Part shown: positions 1-7,882 of the stretch, piece by piece | Numbering within the stretch: position 1 is the stretch's first letter | Layout: each line of letters starts with the position of its first letter | IMG/VR virus record: IMGVR_UViG_3300033806_000075 | DNA from: an uncultured virus (IMG/VR IMGVR_UViG_3300033806_000075) | Taxonomy: Duplodnaviria; Heunggongvirae; Uroviricota; Caudoviricetes | Direction: 5' to 3' (one strand) | Length of the DNA stretch: 20,000 nt | The notes under the pieces: model-generated | Databases searched by the model: none | What the model saw: only the letters and a program-made list of their open reading frames with translations | What the model was told of the DNA's origin: nothing | Program-made: the position numbers and the translations under genes

Positions 1-311
1 AGCGAGCCGCGGTCAAGTTTGGCATCGGCCGCTACCTATACAACGACGGCGTGCCGAGCTGGGCAGAGCCAGAAGCAAAGGCCAATCCCAATCCTGCCGC
101 GCCGGTGATCGAGGCCGAGACGCCCGGGCAAACGCTGGCCAAGTGGGCAGCGCGGAATCCCGATGCCCTAGATTTTCTAACCCGCGTTGGCAGTGACCTG
201 GGCTTCCCGAAGGCTTTGAATACCTGGAACCAGGAACAGTGCGAGAAGGCCAGCAATGAGTGGCATAAAGTGAAGCGAGCGCGGCGAGCCCAGGAGGCCA
301 GTGCAAACTGA
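1..311 (+). CDS. Rad52/Rad22-family (Sak-like) ssDNA-annealing protein, 5'-truncated by window edge
   Basis: Frame of ORF 51..311 is open back to base 3 and reads RAAVKFGIGRYLYND, the C-terminal core motif of phage Rad52/22-like recombinases; followed by a low-complexity tail. Confidence 0.8.
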   Translation, partial: RAAVKFGIGRYLYNDGVPSWAEPEAKANPNPAAPVIEAETPGQTLAKWAARNPDALDFLTRVGSDLGFPKALNTWNQEQCEKASNEWHKVKRARRAQEASAN

Positions 312-323
312 GAGGGAGCCAAC

Positions 324-590
324 ATGCCAACGATCAGGCACATCACATTCCTGGAGTACCCTACGGCTGAAATTGCAACGTACACGGGTGAAACACCAAG
401 CCTACGCTGGCTAGATTTGGGCCGTCCCTTTCGCGTACCTCGCGACGTCTGGGACCGCGCCAAGCCGGTGAAGACATGGAAGATGTCGACCGGGGAATCG
501 CCGGTGCACGGACAGGTGCGAATCCTTGCTGACCAGGATGCTGACTGGTGTCTTGCGCCTGGCCGGCCCTGCCGATTGGTCTGGGGCTGA
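324..590 (+). CDS. hypothetical phage protein (88 aa)
   Basis: ATG with GAGGGAG SD just after the upstream stop; same-strand operon context. Confidence 0.7.
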   Translation: MPTIRHITFLEYPTAEIATYTGETPSLRWLDLGRPFRVPRDVWDRAKPVKTWKMSTGESPVHGQVRILADQDADWCLAPGRPCRLVWG

Positions 591-738
591 TTTTACCGGT
601 CCCCGCTTGCTTTGATACTTGCTCCGTGATAAGGTCCGAAGAGTTTGCCTTAATCCTGGCCTGCAAGGGTCAGGAAGACTTCGCCGGCCGCGAGACAGTC
701 GCCATACCGCCTCGCGACGGATAGACCCAGGTTTACAG

Positions 739-3036
739 ATGACACATGCTTGTCTTGCATCAGGCGCTGTTGCGCCTCGATCAGTACCGTTGCGCGTCCA
801 CTCTCCGTGGGAGCAAGACGTCCAAGCCTTTGGATTGATCCCGGCTTCCATCTGGGCAGAGCCAAAAATCTCCTTTCGCGCGAAGATCGTGCTCGGGGGC
901 CTTGCAATTGCCGCGGCTGGCTCCCGCGATGGAGTTCGTGCATCCAAGCAAGATCTGGTAGGGCTGACCGGCTGTGATCTTCGAACCGTCAGCCGGGGAT
1001 TGGCTGACCTGGCCAAAGCCAAAATCATCGAAATCGTGGAGATCGGGAGGCAGTTCCGCTTCCTCTTTTCGCTCAAAGGAGGCACACGTCAGGCGCACAC
1101 CGTGCACACAGCGTGCGCGCAGCGTGCGCCTGGCATGCGCGCATTGGGAGTTCCCCCCCAGACCCCCCTATATGGAAGTAGAGAAAGAGAGAAAGACGAA
1201 GACGACGAGACGCCTGCGGCTAAAACCGTCGTCGTCGTGTCTTCCGAGATCACTAACAAGATAAGAGCCATTTGGCCGGACGAGTGCCTCGTCGAACGAC
1301 GCGCCCAAGAGCTTGCCAGCAAGGGAGACGCCGAGGCTCTCCTGGCGATCGAATATGCGCAGCTCAAGAAAGCCAAGGGGCTGGTGTATGCAATCAAGAC
1401 ACGCGATCGCTGGTGGCGAGACGGCTATGACCTTGCCGATATCCAGGCGGAAGTCCAGGCGGTTCGACCAAAAGCCACGTCCGTCAGTGCTACGGTTCTC
1501 CCGACTCCGACGTCACTGGAAGAGCGTCAAAACGAGGCCGCGAACTTATTGGAGAGCCTCGAGAAGGGCGGCTGGTCAATTCGGCTCATGGCGAATGGTG
1601 AGTGTCAGTGGGACAAACTGCGCGATAATGCGACATGGGATGAGGACATTGCCGGAAAGTTGAAACGACTGTACCGCAGCGAAGTGCTAGAGATACTGAG
1701 AGAAAGGACTAGCCGACGGGGTGAGATAGCCAACGGGAATGGTAGCAGACTTGGAGACTCAGCGCATGAAAAAACCGCTGGGGATGCCAGTCGCCACCTT
1801 ACACCCCCAGCGGCCCCAGGTTATTTCCGTTCGCAGCCATCGGTCCGTCAGCCTGAGCATAAGTTAAACCCATGTTCAGGTCAAGGAGCGACAGTACAAA
1901 CGGCAGATAACCAGCGCGCCCGGCAGGATTCGAACCTGCAACCCTCGGATTCGAAGTCCGCGGGTTCCGAGCCTCCCGCCGAGCCTGGCAGTAGTCTGCC
2001 ACCAGTACAAGACACACCTTCACGTCGGCAAAATACCGCGGAAAACGCAAACGATCCCCTACAGCCCCGTGAAGATGCCGAGAAAAACCCGCGGATATCC
2101 AATCCGCAGGTTCTCCCCGTAGCAGACTTTGGTGCACCTTCGCACCAAATCCCGCAATCCGAGGAGAGCAATTCCGATGCGTCCCGCGTCCTGGAAGAAG
2201 CTGCGCGCCGAGATCCTGAGCCTGTACGAGCCACCACAGAGAGCTCCGGCGACTTACCGGGAGATGCGACAGATTTTCGACGAATTCCCGGCACAAAAGG
2301 TCCGCGACCTGAGCCCACCAAAGATCGCCGAGTGGATCAAGACGCATCCGGATCGCAGCCCGGCCAGGACAGCAAGCCTACTGCGATGCTTGGCCGTGAT
2401 TGCCCGGTACGCGGTCCAGGCGAGGTACCTGGCGCGCGACCCATTCGAGTTCCGGGCCCCATCGAAGTGGGTACGGATGGACTCCCGACCGAGTACCCGC
2501 AGGATACTCCACCGGTCACCGGAGCAGATCGGCCGACTACTGGACCTCCTGGATCGGGAGGCAGCGGAAGGAGGCTGGAAGGAGGGCCGGCTCCAGGCCA
2601 TGGGGTACACATTTGCCTACACGGGGCTGCGGGCGAAGGAGGGATTAACGCTCGAGCGCAGCGACATCGATCTGGTAGCCCGTACGCTTACGATCCAGCC
2701 GAAGGAAGACTGGCGGCCCAAGACCCTCAGGTCGGCCCGCACTCTCCCGTTAGCCCTGCCGCTCCTCGATGTCCTGCGCCTCTGGATGCCCCGTACCGGA
2801 TGCCAGTGGGTTTTCCCGGGTGTCCGGCTCTTGGGACCGTGGACGGGCGGGCCGCCGGGCGGAAAGGCGGTTCACGCCATGGAGGCGGCGGGGGAGCGGG
2901 CGGGCATCGGCCCGATACCCTTCCTGGGGTTTCGCAAAACGTTCGGGACGGTGGCAGGGACTTGGGGTTTGGTTCCACAGGACGTGCAAACCATCTTTGG
3001 TCACACGCGCGTGGAGACCCAGATGCACTACCGTGA
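739..3036 (+). CDS. phage replication initiator-like protein with N-terminal winged HTH; protein-like to about 1720, frame stays open to 3036
   Basis: IPASIWAEPKISFRAKIVLGGL...SKQDLVGLTGCDLRTVSRGLADLAKAKIIE is HTH_36-like; iteron-encoded linker and PPQTP..REREKD segment typical of phage initiators; follows Sak-like gene. Start (619 TTG vs 739 ATG) and true end are uncertain. Confidence 0.65.
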   Translation: MTHACLASGAVAPRSVPLRVHSPWEQDVQAFGLIPASIWAEPKISFRAKIVLGGLAIAAAGSRDGVRASKQDLVGLTGCDLRTVSRGLADLAKAKIIEIVEIGRQFRFLFSLKGGTRQAHTVHTACAQRAPGMRALGVPPQTPLYGSREREKDEDDETPAAKTVVVVSSEITNKIRAIWPDECLVERRAQELASKGDAEALLAIEYAQLKKAKGLVYAIKTRDRWWRDGYDLADIQAEVQAVRPKATSVSATVLPTPTSLEERQNEAANLLESLEKGGWSIRLMANGECQWDKLRDNATWDEDIAGKLKRLYRSEVLEILRERTSRRGEIANGNGSRLGDSAHEKTAGDASRHLTPPAAPGYFRSQPSVRQPEHKLNPCSGQGATVQTADNQRARQDSNLQPSDSKSAGSEPPAEPGSSLPPVQDTPSRRQNTAENANDPLQPREDAEKNPRISNPQVLPVADFGAPSHQIPQSEESNSDASRVLEEAARRDPEPVRATTESSGDLPGDATDFRRIPGTKGPRPEPTKDRRVDQDASGSQPGQDSKPTAMLGRDCPVRGPGEVPGARPIRVPGPIEVGTDGLPTEYPQDTPPVTGADRPTTGPPGSGGSGRRLEGGPAPGHGVHICLHGAAGEGGINARAQRHRSGSPYAYDPAEGRLAAQDPQVGPHSPVSPAAPRCPAPLDAPYRMPVGFPGCPALGTVDGRAAGRKGGSRHGGGGGAGGHRPDTLPGVSQNVRDGGRDLGFGSTGRANHLWSHARGDPDALP
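1082..1147 (+). repeat. six degenerate 11-bp tandem repeats (candidate iterons/origin)
   Basis: gcacacgtcag gcgcacaccgt gcacacagcgt gcgcgcagcgt gcgcctggcat gcgcgcattgg; followed by a purine-skewed tract at about 1175-1212. Confidence 0.7.
1769..1813 (-). terminator. intrinsic terminator downstream of the tRNA 3' half
   Basis: Perfect 9-bp inverted repeat ccgctgggg (1775-1783) / ccccagcgg (1805-1813), extendable with GU pairs, followed on the - strand by T6 (A6 at 1769-1774). Confidence 0.65.
1915..1960 (-). mobile_element. attP: attP core: 3' half of tRNA-Arg(UCG)
   Basis: Minus strand reads cgga-cTTCGaa-tccga-gggtt-gcagg-TTCGAAT-cctgc-cgggcgc-g: anticodon arm (TCG), variable loop, T arm, acceptor 3' strand. 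No D arm or 5' acceptor strand. About 215 bp upstream of a tyrosine integrase. Confidence 0.88.
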
Positions 3037-3106
3037 GCCCGATACCGAGCAGCTCCGCCCTGCAATGGACCGAATCTATTTTCCCCGAGCGAGAGGAGCA
3101 GGTTGA
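2177..3106 (+). CDS. int: tyrosine recombinase/integrase (309 aa, no N-terminal arm-binding domain)
   Basis: YTGLRAKE (R), RPKT (K), FLGFRKTF (HxxR position with L), IFGHTRVETQMHY (H, Y); GAGGAG SD before ATG 2177. Confidence 0.92.
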   Translation: MRPASWKKLRAEILSLYEPPQRAPATYREMRQIFDEFPAQKVRDLSPPKIAEWIKTHPDRSPARTASLLRCLAVIARYAVQARYLARDPFEFRAPSKWVRMDSRPSTRRILHRSPEQIGRLLDLLDREAAEGGWKEGRLQAMGYTFAYTGLRAKEGLTLERSDIDLVARTLTIQPKEDWRPKTLRSARTLPLALPLLDVLRLWMPRTGCQWVFPGVRLLGPWTGGPPGGKAVHAMEAAGERAGIGPIPFLGFRKTFGTVAGTWGLVPQDVQTIFGHTRVETQMHYREPDTEQLRPAMDRIYFPRARGAG

Positions 3107-3618
3107 TGGCGCGAGTAATCAGACACCGAATTGACGGCAGAGTTCTCAAGACCATCGAAGGCGAAAGCCTCCGCGGGGCCAACCTCAGCACGGCCGACCT
3201 CAGCAGGGCCGACCTCCGCGAGGCCTACCTCAGCAGGGCCGACCTCCGCGAGGCCGACCTCAGCAGGGCCGACCTCAGCAGGGCCGACCTCCGCGAGGCC
3301 GACCTCAGCAGGGCCGACCTCCGCGGGGCCTACCTCCGCAGGGCAAAGCTTGCTTGGTCATCCCATGATTTGATGGCACACCTGATCCAATTGGCAGCGG
3401 CTGATGATCTCGGTTTGCAGTCGTTCGCTGGACTTGTGTTAATTCGGCGGGACTTGTGCTGGCCTGACTTCTTGGCTCTGCACGATCATGCGGTGTTTAG
3501 CCCGCTCCTACAGCGATCTCTTGAAATCCTTGCTGGTTACATAGTGGACGGTGATGGCGCACCGGATTGCGTGCGCCAAATCGCAGACTCCCGGCGTCAG
3601 ACAACGGAGGCCACGTGA
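3106..3618 (+). CDS. pentapeptide repeat protein
   Basis: About 12 A(D/N/Y)LxR-type repeats (ADLSR/ADLRE); TGATG coupling to the integrase stop. Confidence 0.92.
   Translation: MARVIRHRIDGRVLKTIEGESLRGANLSTADLSRADLREAYLSRADLREADLSRADLSRADLREADLSRADLRGAYLRRAKLAWSSHDLMAHLIQLAAADDLGLQSFAGLVLIRRDLCWPDFLALHDHAVFSPLLQRSLEILAGYIVDGDGAPDCVRQIADSRRQTTEAT
3169..3345 (+). repeat. 15-bp tandem repeats encoding the pentapeptides
   Basis: Near-identical gccgacctcagcagg / gccgacctccgcgag units. Confidence 0.9.
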
Positions 3619-3839
3619 TGCCAGGCCAGTCTATCCGCGACGTGCGAGCTGCCAAGCTCCGTTTCCACGATCAGTACGGCAAGGACCTCTCGATCGCCGG
3701 CATGATCGAGCACTGGACCGACGGCCGCTACGAGCTGCGACTACGGCTCAAGGAGGAGCCACAGATCACAATCCCGCCCGTGTTCGAGGGGCTACCGATC
3801 CGGGTCGAGGTGGTCAAGAGTTCCATGAAGATGCGCTGA
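3618..3839 (+). CDS. hypothetical protein (73 aa)
   Basis: TGATG overlap and GGAGG SD; C-terminal IPPVFEGLPIRVEVV motif. Confidence 0.7.
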   Translation: MPGQSIRDVRAAKLRFHDQYGKDLSIAGMIEHWTDGRYELRLRLKEEPQITIPPVFEGLPIRVEVVKSSMKMR

Positions 3840-3867
3840 GCGAGAAGAGAAGAAGGGTAACTACACT

Positions 3868-4653
3868 ATGAGCCTCAACTCCAAGATCGAGTGGACTGAC
3901 GCAACCTGGAACCCAGTTTGCGGCTGCACCAAAATCTCTCCGGGGTGCGCGCACTGTTACGCGGAAATCTTCGCCGAGCGGTTTAGGGATGTCCATGGGC
4001 ACCCATATGAACAGGGGTTTGATCTCCGTCTTGTTCGCGAAAAGCTGGACGAGCCGCTGCGCTGGCGGAAACCGAGGATGGTCTTTGTCAATTCTATGAG
4101 TGACCTGTTCCACGAAGAGGTGCCCGATGCGTTTATCGAGGAAATTTGCCGCGTAATGCAGCAGGCGCGGTGGCATACCTTTCAGGTTCTCACCAAGCGA
4201 TCGGAGCGAATGCGCGACTTGCTTTGCTCGAAGCTACGCTTCGCCGCTTACGAGTCGCATATCTGGTTTGGGGTGAGTGTTGAAAATCGCAGGTATGGCC
4301 TGCCGCGAATCGAGCACCTAAGGAGCACGCCGGCCGCTCTACGGATGCTCTCGCTCGAACCTCTTCTCGAAGATCTAGGTACGCTCGATCTCTCGGGAAT
4401 GGGTTGGTTGGTCCTAGGCGGAGAAACTGGACCCAAGGCCCGAACGTTCAACGTCTCGTATGCGCACTCGATCGTCTCCCAATGTGCTCATGCCGGGGTT
4501 CCATGCTTCGTGAAACAGCTTGGAGCTCGGCCTGCTGCATACCGCAATGGGGCTTTCATTTCTTTCTGTTTTGCCGATCGGTCAGGCGCCGATCCCGGGG
4601 AGTGGCCCGAGGATCTCCGAGTGCGCCAATTCCCGGCCGCGGTGGAGGTCTGA
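3868..4653 (+). CDS. phage Gp37/Gp68 (DUF5131) family protein
   Basis: SKIEWTDATWNPVCGCTKISPGCAHCYAE, FVNSMSDLFHE, FQVLTKR, SLEPLL, GGETG, FVKQLG motifs. Confidence 0.95.
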   Translation: MSLNSKIEWTDATWNPVCGCTKISPGCAHCYAEIFAERFRDVHGHPYEQGFDLRLVREKLDEPLRWRKPRMVFVNSMSDLFHEEVPDAFIEEICRVMQQARWHTFQVLTKRSERMRDLLCSKLRFAAYESHIWFGVSVENRRYGLPRIEHLRSTPAALRMLSLEPLLEDLGTLDLSGMGWLVLGGETGPKARTFNVSYAHSIVSQCAHAGVPCFVKQLGARPAAYRNGAFISFCFADRSGADPGEWPEDLRVRQFPAAVEV

Positions 4654-4656
4654 TCC

Positions 4657-5328
4657 ATGGGTGTCTGTAAGCGAGTGCTCGGGATGCTAATGAGCAAAGA
4701 GCCTGTCCCGCAGCCGATCCAGGCTCTGGTCGGCCTAGTCCCCTACCGTGATCCTGAAGCGTGGAAGGAGAAGAAGCGATTGGAGCGAGAGCAGAACCAG
4801 GCCGAGCGCGAAGCCCATGCTGAGCGCGAGGCGATCCAGTGGGAATCTAGGCAAGCCGAGAAGGTGTGGACCAACGATGGAAAGAAACACCTTGCAGCAG
4901 CAAATGCGACCGGTGATCGCTGCGGCAATGCTCGAAGCAGATCGTCGGGGACTGATCGGGAGGGCTCGGGCCAGGTTTGTCTGCGAAGCACGACCGTGGT
5001 GGGTTCATGGACGAAGCTGGCAGAGCTTGATGTGGCTCTTGGAGGTCCGCAGGTACTTCCGCCGCCAGCGGGAGAAGCGAGCGAGTCGCCCAAGCAAGCC
5101 AGATCCGAAAGGTGGTACGTCGATCCTCAATGCGAACTCTGTAGTCAGCTAGCCGAGATAGAAGTCGAATCTGCCTTTGGCCGCGAACTACCCCAACCTG
5201 CTGCGGCCGGCTGGTACCGGCTTGGCCGCGACGTTTACCGCATCGGCGAGGGTCCATTTCCAGGATTCGGCACGGGTACCACGCCGATCAAACGCTACGG
5301 TCCGATGGTTCAACGATCGCTGTTCTAA
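4657..5328 (+). CDS. hypothetical protein (start may be 4690)
   Basis: Fills the operon slot; charged N-terminal helix and CELC motif; no family recognised. Confidence 0.6.
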   Translation: MGVCKRVLGMLMSKEPVPQPIQALVGLVPYRDPEAWKEKKRLEREQNQAEREAHAEREAIQWESRQAEKVWTNDGKKHLAAANATGDRCGNARSRSSGTDREGSGQVCLRSTTVVGSWTKLAELDVALGGPQVLPPPAGEASESPKQARSERWYVDPQCELCSQLAEIEVESAFGRELPQPAAAGWYRLGRDVYRIGEGPFPGFGTGTTPIKRYGPMVQRSLF

Positions 5329-5346
5329 CCATATAAGGGGACACCT

Positions 5347-6063
5347 ATGACAACGCAGTCAACTGACGATCTCCTAGACGTTGTCGTCGCCGGAATCATC
5401 TCCGGCGAGATCAGCTTGAGCGACATGTACGGATGTCGACTCAAGGAACTGATCGGGCTGGCTAAACGCCAGGGCAATCCCGCTTTGGCGCGGTGCGTGG
5501 CCGCGGTTGCTGTTGGCTACCGTGACCGCCGGATCGATGTGATCGAGAAGGCGCTGCGCCATGGCCTGGCGATTGGTGACATCGACCTGCCTTTCCCCTC
5601 GCCGCCGGTTATCGAGACGGAATCTGCCTATGCCTCGCGAGCATTGCAAGAGAACGGCGCCGTCATTCCATCTTCACTAATCGCGAACTGGAAGGTGCGA
5701 ATCTTTCTGGGCGGTGGCAGCCAACCTGCGACGACTGCTGCTCCGATCTCGCACATGACGCCGCACAAGGTGAGCCGACTGGTCCGCGAGCTTCAGAACG
5801 TCGGCTGCCCCGTGCCATCCAAAGTTATCGTGAAGTGGACTCTAGCCCAGTACGTCGAGGCTCGTCGCTGGCTCGATCGCTACCACCGCTGGCAGCATCA
5901 GGGATCGCAGCCCGTCACATGGGCGACGGGGGAGACAGACGGTGTAGTCGCTCTACTGGATGAGTGGCCCGAGGCACCCGAGTTCCTGCGGGAACATGTC
6001 CAAAATCAGGGGCCGGATCCAAGGGCGCCCGCGGGGACTGGCGGAGAGGAGCCTGCGACGTGA
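5347..6063 (+). CDS. hypothetical protein (238 aa)
   Basis: AAGGGG SD plus ATG; globular-looking composition. Confidence 0.7.
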   Translation: MTTQSTDDLLDVVVAGIISGEISLSDMYGCRLKELIGLAKRQGNPALARCVAAVAVGYRDRRIDVIEKALRHGLAIGDIDLPFPSPPVIETESAYASRALQENGAVIPSSLIANWKVRIFLGGGSQPATTAAPISHMTPHKVSRLVRELQNVGCPVPSKVIVKWTLAQYVEARRWLDRYHRWQHQGSQPVTWATGETDGVVALLDEWPEAPEFLREHVQNQGPDPRAPAGTGGEEPAT

Positions 6064-6239
6064 AAACCACCGTGGTCGTCTTGCTGGGGAAGGGATTTCG
6101 AGTGCTGCCGACAGGCTGGGCGACGGCCGTTACCTGCACGCCGGACGCGGTGGTCATGGCAATGCCGTCACCGGAATCCATGCCGTCCTGGTGGCTGGAG
6201 CTTTGTTACGCGTCCCCTTGCGATTGCGAGCGAAGCTGA
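6060..6239 (+). CDS. small hypothetical protein
   Basis: GTGA overlap with upstream stop and GAGGAG SD. Confidence 0.5.
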   Translation: MKTTVVVLLGKGFRVLPTGWATAVTCTPDAVVMAMPSPESMPSWWLELCYASPCDCERS

Positions 6240-6257
6240 GGCGTGAGGGCCAGTTCG

Positions 6258-6647
6258 ATGGTCGACATTTCGGGACTCGATAAAGCGATTGTTCTGGCTG
6301 CTCTCTACAATAACAGCAAGAGGGTCGAGTACCCCTACAAAGCGAGCTGCCCGGAGTTGCTCACTCTGGAGCAAGCCAGAGCTTTTCTTCAGTCCGACGC
6401 TAAGTTCTCGGACAACGTTTGGCAGATCGATACGTACTATGATCGCGATTTGAGCGTCGACCTCACAGGCGACGCCTTTGACTCCGAGGCATACAACCAA
6501 GCCAATGGCGATGGCCTGGCGGAGCGGATCGTTGAGGCATTGCGGTTAACTGGCACTGCACAGGATATAGGTTGGCGTGTCACCTACCCGCCGCGTGACC
6601 CCGCTCCCCTCTACACAGTTGAACGACGGCGACAGTGGAGGCTGTGA
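6258..6647 (+). CDS. conserved phage hypothetical protein
   Basis: VDISGLDKAIVLAALYNNSK...VDLTGDAFDSEAYNQANGDGLAERIVEALR resembles a widespread uncharacterised viral family (from recall). Confidence 0.75.
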   Translation: MVDISGLDKAIVLAALYNNSKRVEYPYKASCPELLTLEQARAFLQSDAKFSDNVWQIDTYYDRDLSVDLTGDAFDSEAYNQANGDGLAERIVEALRLTGTAQDIGWRVTYPPRDPAPLYTVERRRQWRL

Positions 6648-7882
6648 TGCTTCGACGCGGTTTTACACTCCTTGAACTCCTGGTGGTGATCGTGATCGTC
6701 CTCCTGGTCACCGGCCTGGTGATCGGCCAGGTCCTGTCGGCGAGCAGCAATCGAGCTCTGACACCGAGCGCGGCGATGCTCCAGGCGGCTATGGCAGGAG
6801 CCCGCGACAGGGCTGGGATTCGCAACGGTCTGGCCGGCATTCGACTGCTCCCCGATCTGGCTTTCCTCCGACGCATCCCGACCGGTCTCCCGAATGCCGG
6901 CCAGGTGGATCCAGAGCAACCGCTGGCGGCTGACCGGATCGTTCCGCTCTTCCAGCCGCCGGATTACTCCAACGGCTTGGTGGCGATCTATGATGCTAAG
7001 CATCAGGCGTCTCTCGGCCTGCCACCGCTTGGTCCGCTTGTGCTGGAGCAAGAGCCGGGGCGTTGGGAGCGAATGTGGAACGACACTCTCAAGACCTACG
7101 TCTGGTCATGGCACGTCAACGAGCCGACATCCTGGGCCTGGACCCTCCGCAAGGGTGACATCGTCCGGATTGGGGCTAGCGGACTCTTTTGGGTCGTTGG
7201 CCCGATTGCTGTTCCCAACTCCGAGGGGTTCATTAATTACGGCGATCCGGGCGTCGAGCCGCCACTGGTGCGCATTGATCCGGCTCCAGATTCGACGCCG
7301 GATAACCCTCATAGCCACACGAGCACGCGGGAGTATCTTTTGCTGGTCAACGGCCAGGACGATAACCACAACGGCTACACTGATGAGCCCTACGACGGAC
7401 TCGACCTAGCCATCCAAGAGGCGGAGCAGTGGTGTCCCCTGACGCTAGGTACGGGCCAGTGGCGCCCAGTGTCACAGAGCGCTGGCATCAGCCAGGCCCG
7501 CTACACCGTGCACCGCCGGCCTGCGCCCTCCCCTGGCGGGGCAGTGATCCAGCTACCCGCCGGCTGCGTGATCGACCTTACGGGCTCGTGGCTGAACGGA
7601 ACCCATGATCGCAGCCGGCTACCGGTCGATCCCTGGGGCGGCTTTGTCGACGTGGTCCTGGACTCCGGGGGCCGCGTCGTTCCAAGCCTGCCCTACAGCA
7701 GTCCCAGTTCAGTGCCGATGGATGGGTACTGGTACCACTTCTGGCTCGCTGATTGCGGAGACGTCGGCCTGACGCCCAAGGGCGAGGCGAGGATCGTCAC
7801 TCTGAACGGCCGAACGGGACGGGTCTCGATTACCGACCCGGCCGGCGATCCGAATCCCTTCACAACAGCGAGGCAACCATGA
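6647..7882 (+). CDS. prepilin-type N-terminal cleavage/methylation protein (type IV pilin/pseudopilin-like, 411 aa)
   Basis: MLRRG|FTLLELLVVIVIVLLVTGL class III signal with E5; DDNHNGYTDE acidic loop; C-terminal RIVTLNGRTGRVSI strand; TGATG coupling. Confidence 0.9.
   Translation: MLRRGFTLLELLVVIVIVLLVTGLVIGQVLSASSNRALTPSAAMLQAAMAGARDRAGIRNGLAGIRLLPDLAFLRRIPTGLPNAGQVDPEQPLAADRIVPLFQPPDYSNGLVAIYDAKHQASLGLPPLGPLVLEQEPGRWERMWNDTLKTYVWSWHVNEPTSWAWTLRKGDIVRIGASGLFWVVGPIAVPNSEGFINYGDPGVEPPLVRIDPAPDSTPDNPHSHTSTREYLLLVNGQDDNHNGYTDEPYDGLDLAIQEAEQWCPLTLGTGQWRPVSQSAGISQARYTVHRRPAPSPGGAVIQLPAGCVIDLTGSWLNGTHDRSRLPVDPWGGFVDVVLDSGGRVVPSLPYSSPSSVPMDGYWYHFWLADCGDVGLTPKGEARIVTLNGRTGRVSITDPAGDPNPFTTARQP

Noticed and set aside
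1766..1867. 33-codon ORF with GGAG SD as possible excisionase
   Set aside because: No HTH-like pattern and it coincides with the terminator hairpin.
1915..1990. Complete tRNA gene
   Set aside because: No D arm or 5' acceptor strand (expected gcgcccg) beyond 1960, and no CCA; treated as att core.
2177..3036. Overprinted functional domain in the alternate frame of int
   Set aside because: Pro/Gly/Arg-rich translation typical of a shadow frame in GC-rich genes; only the read-through itself is reported.
3169..3345. CRISPR array or DGR repeat
   Set aside because: Contiguous 15-bp coding units without spacers; no reverse transcriptase or TR/VR pair seen in the window.
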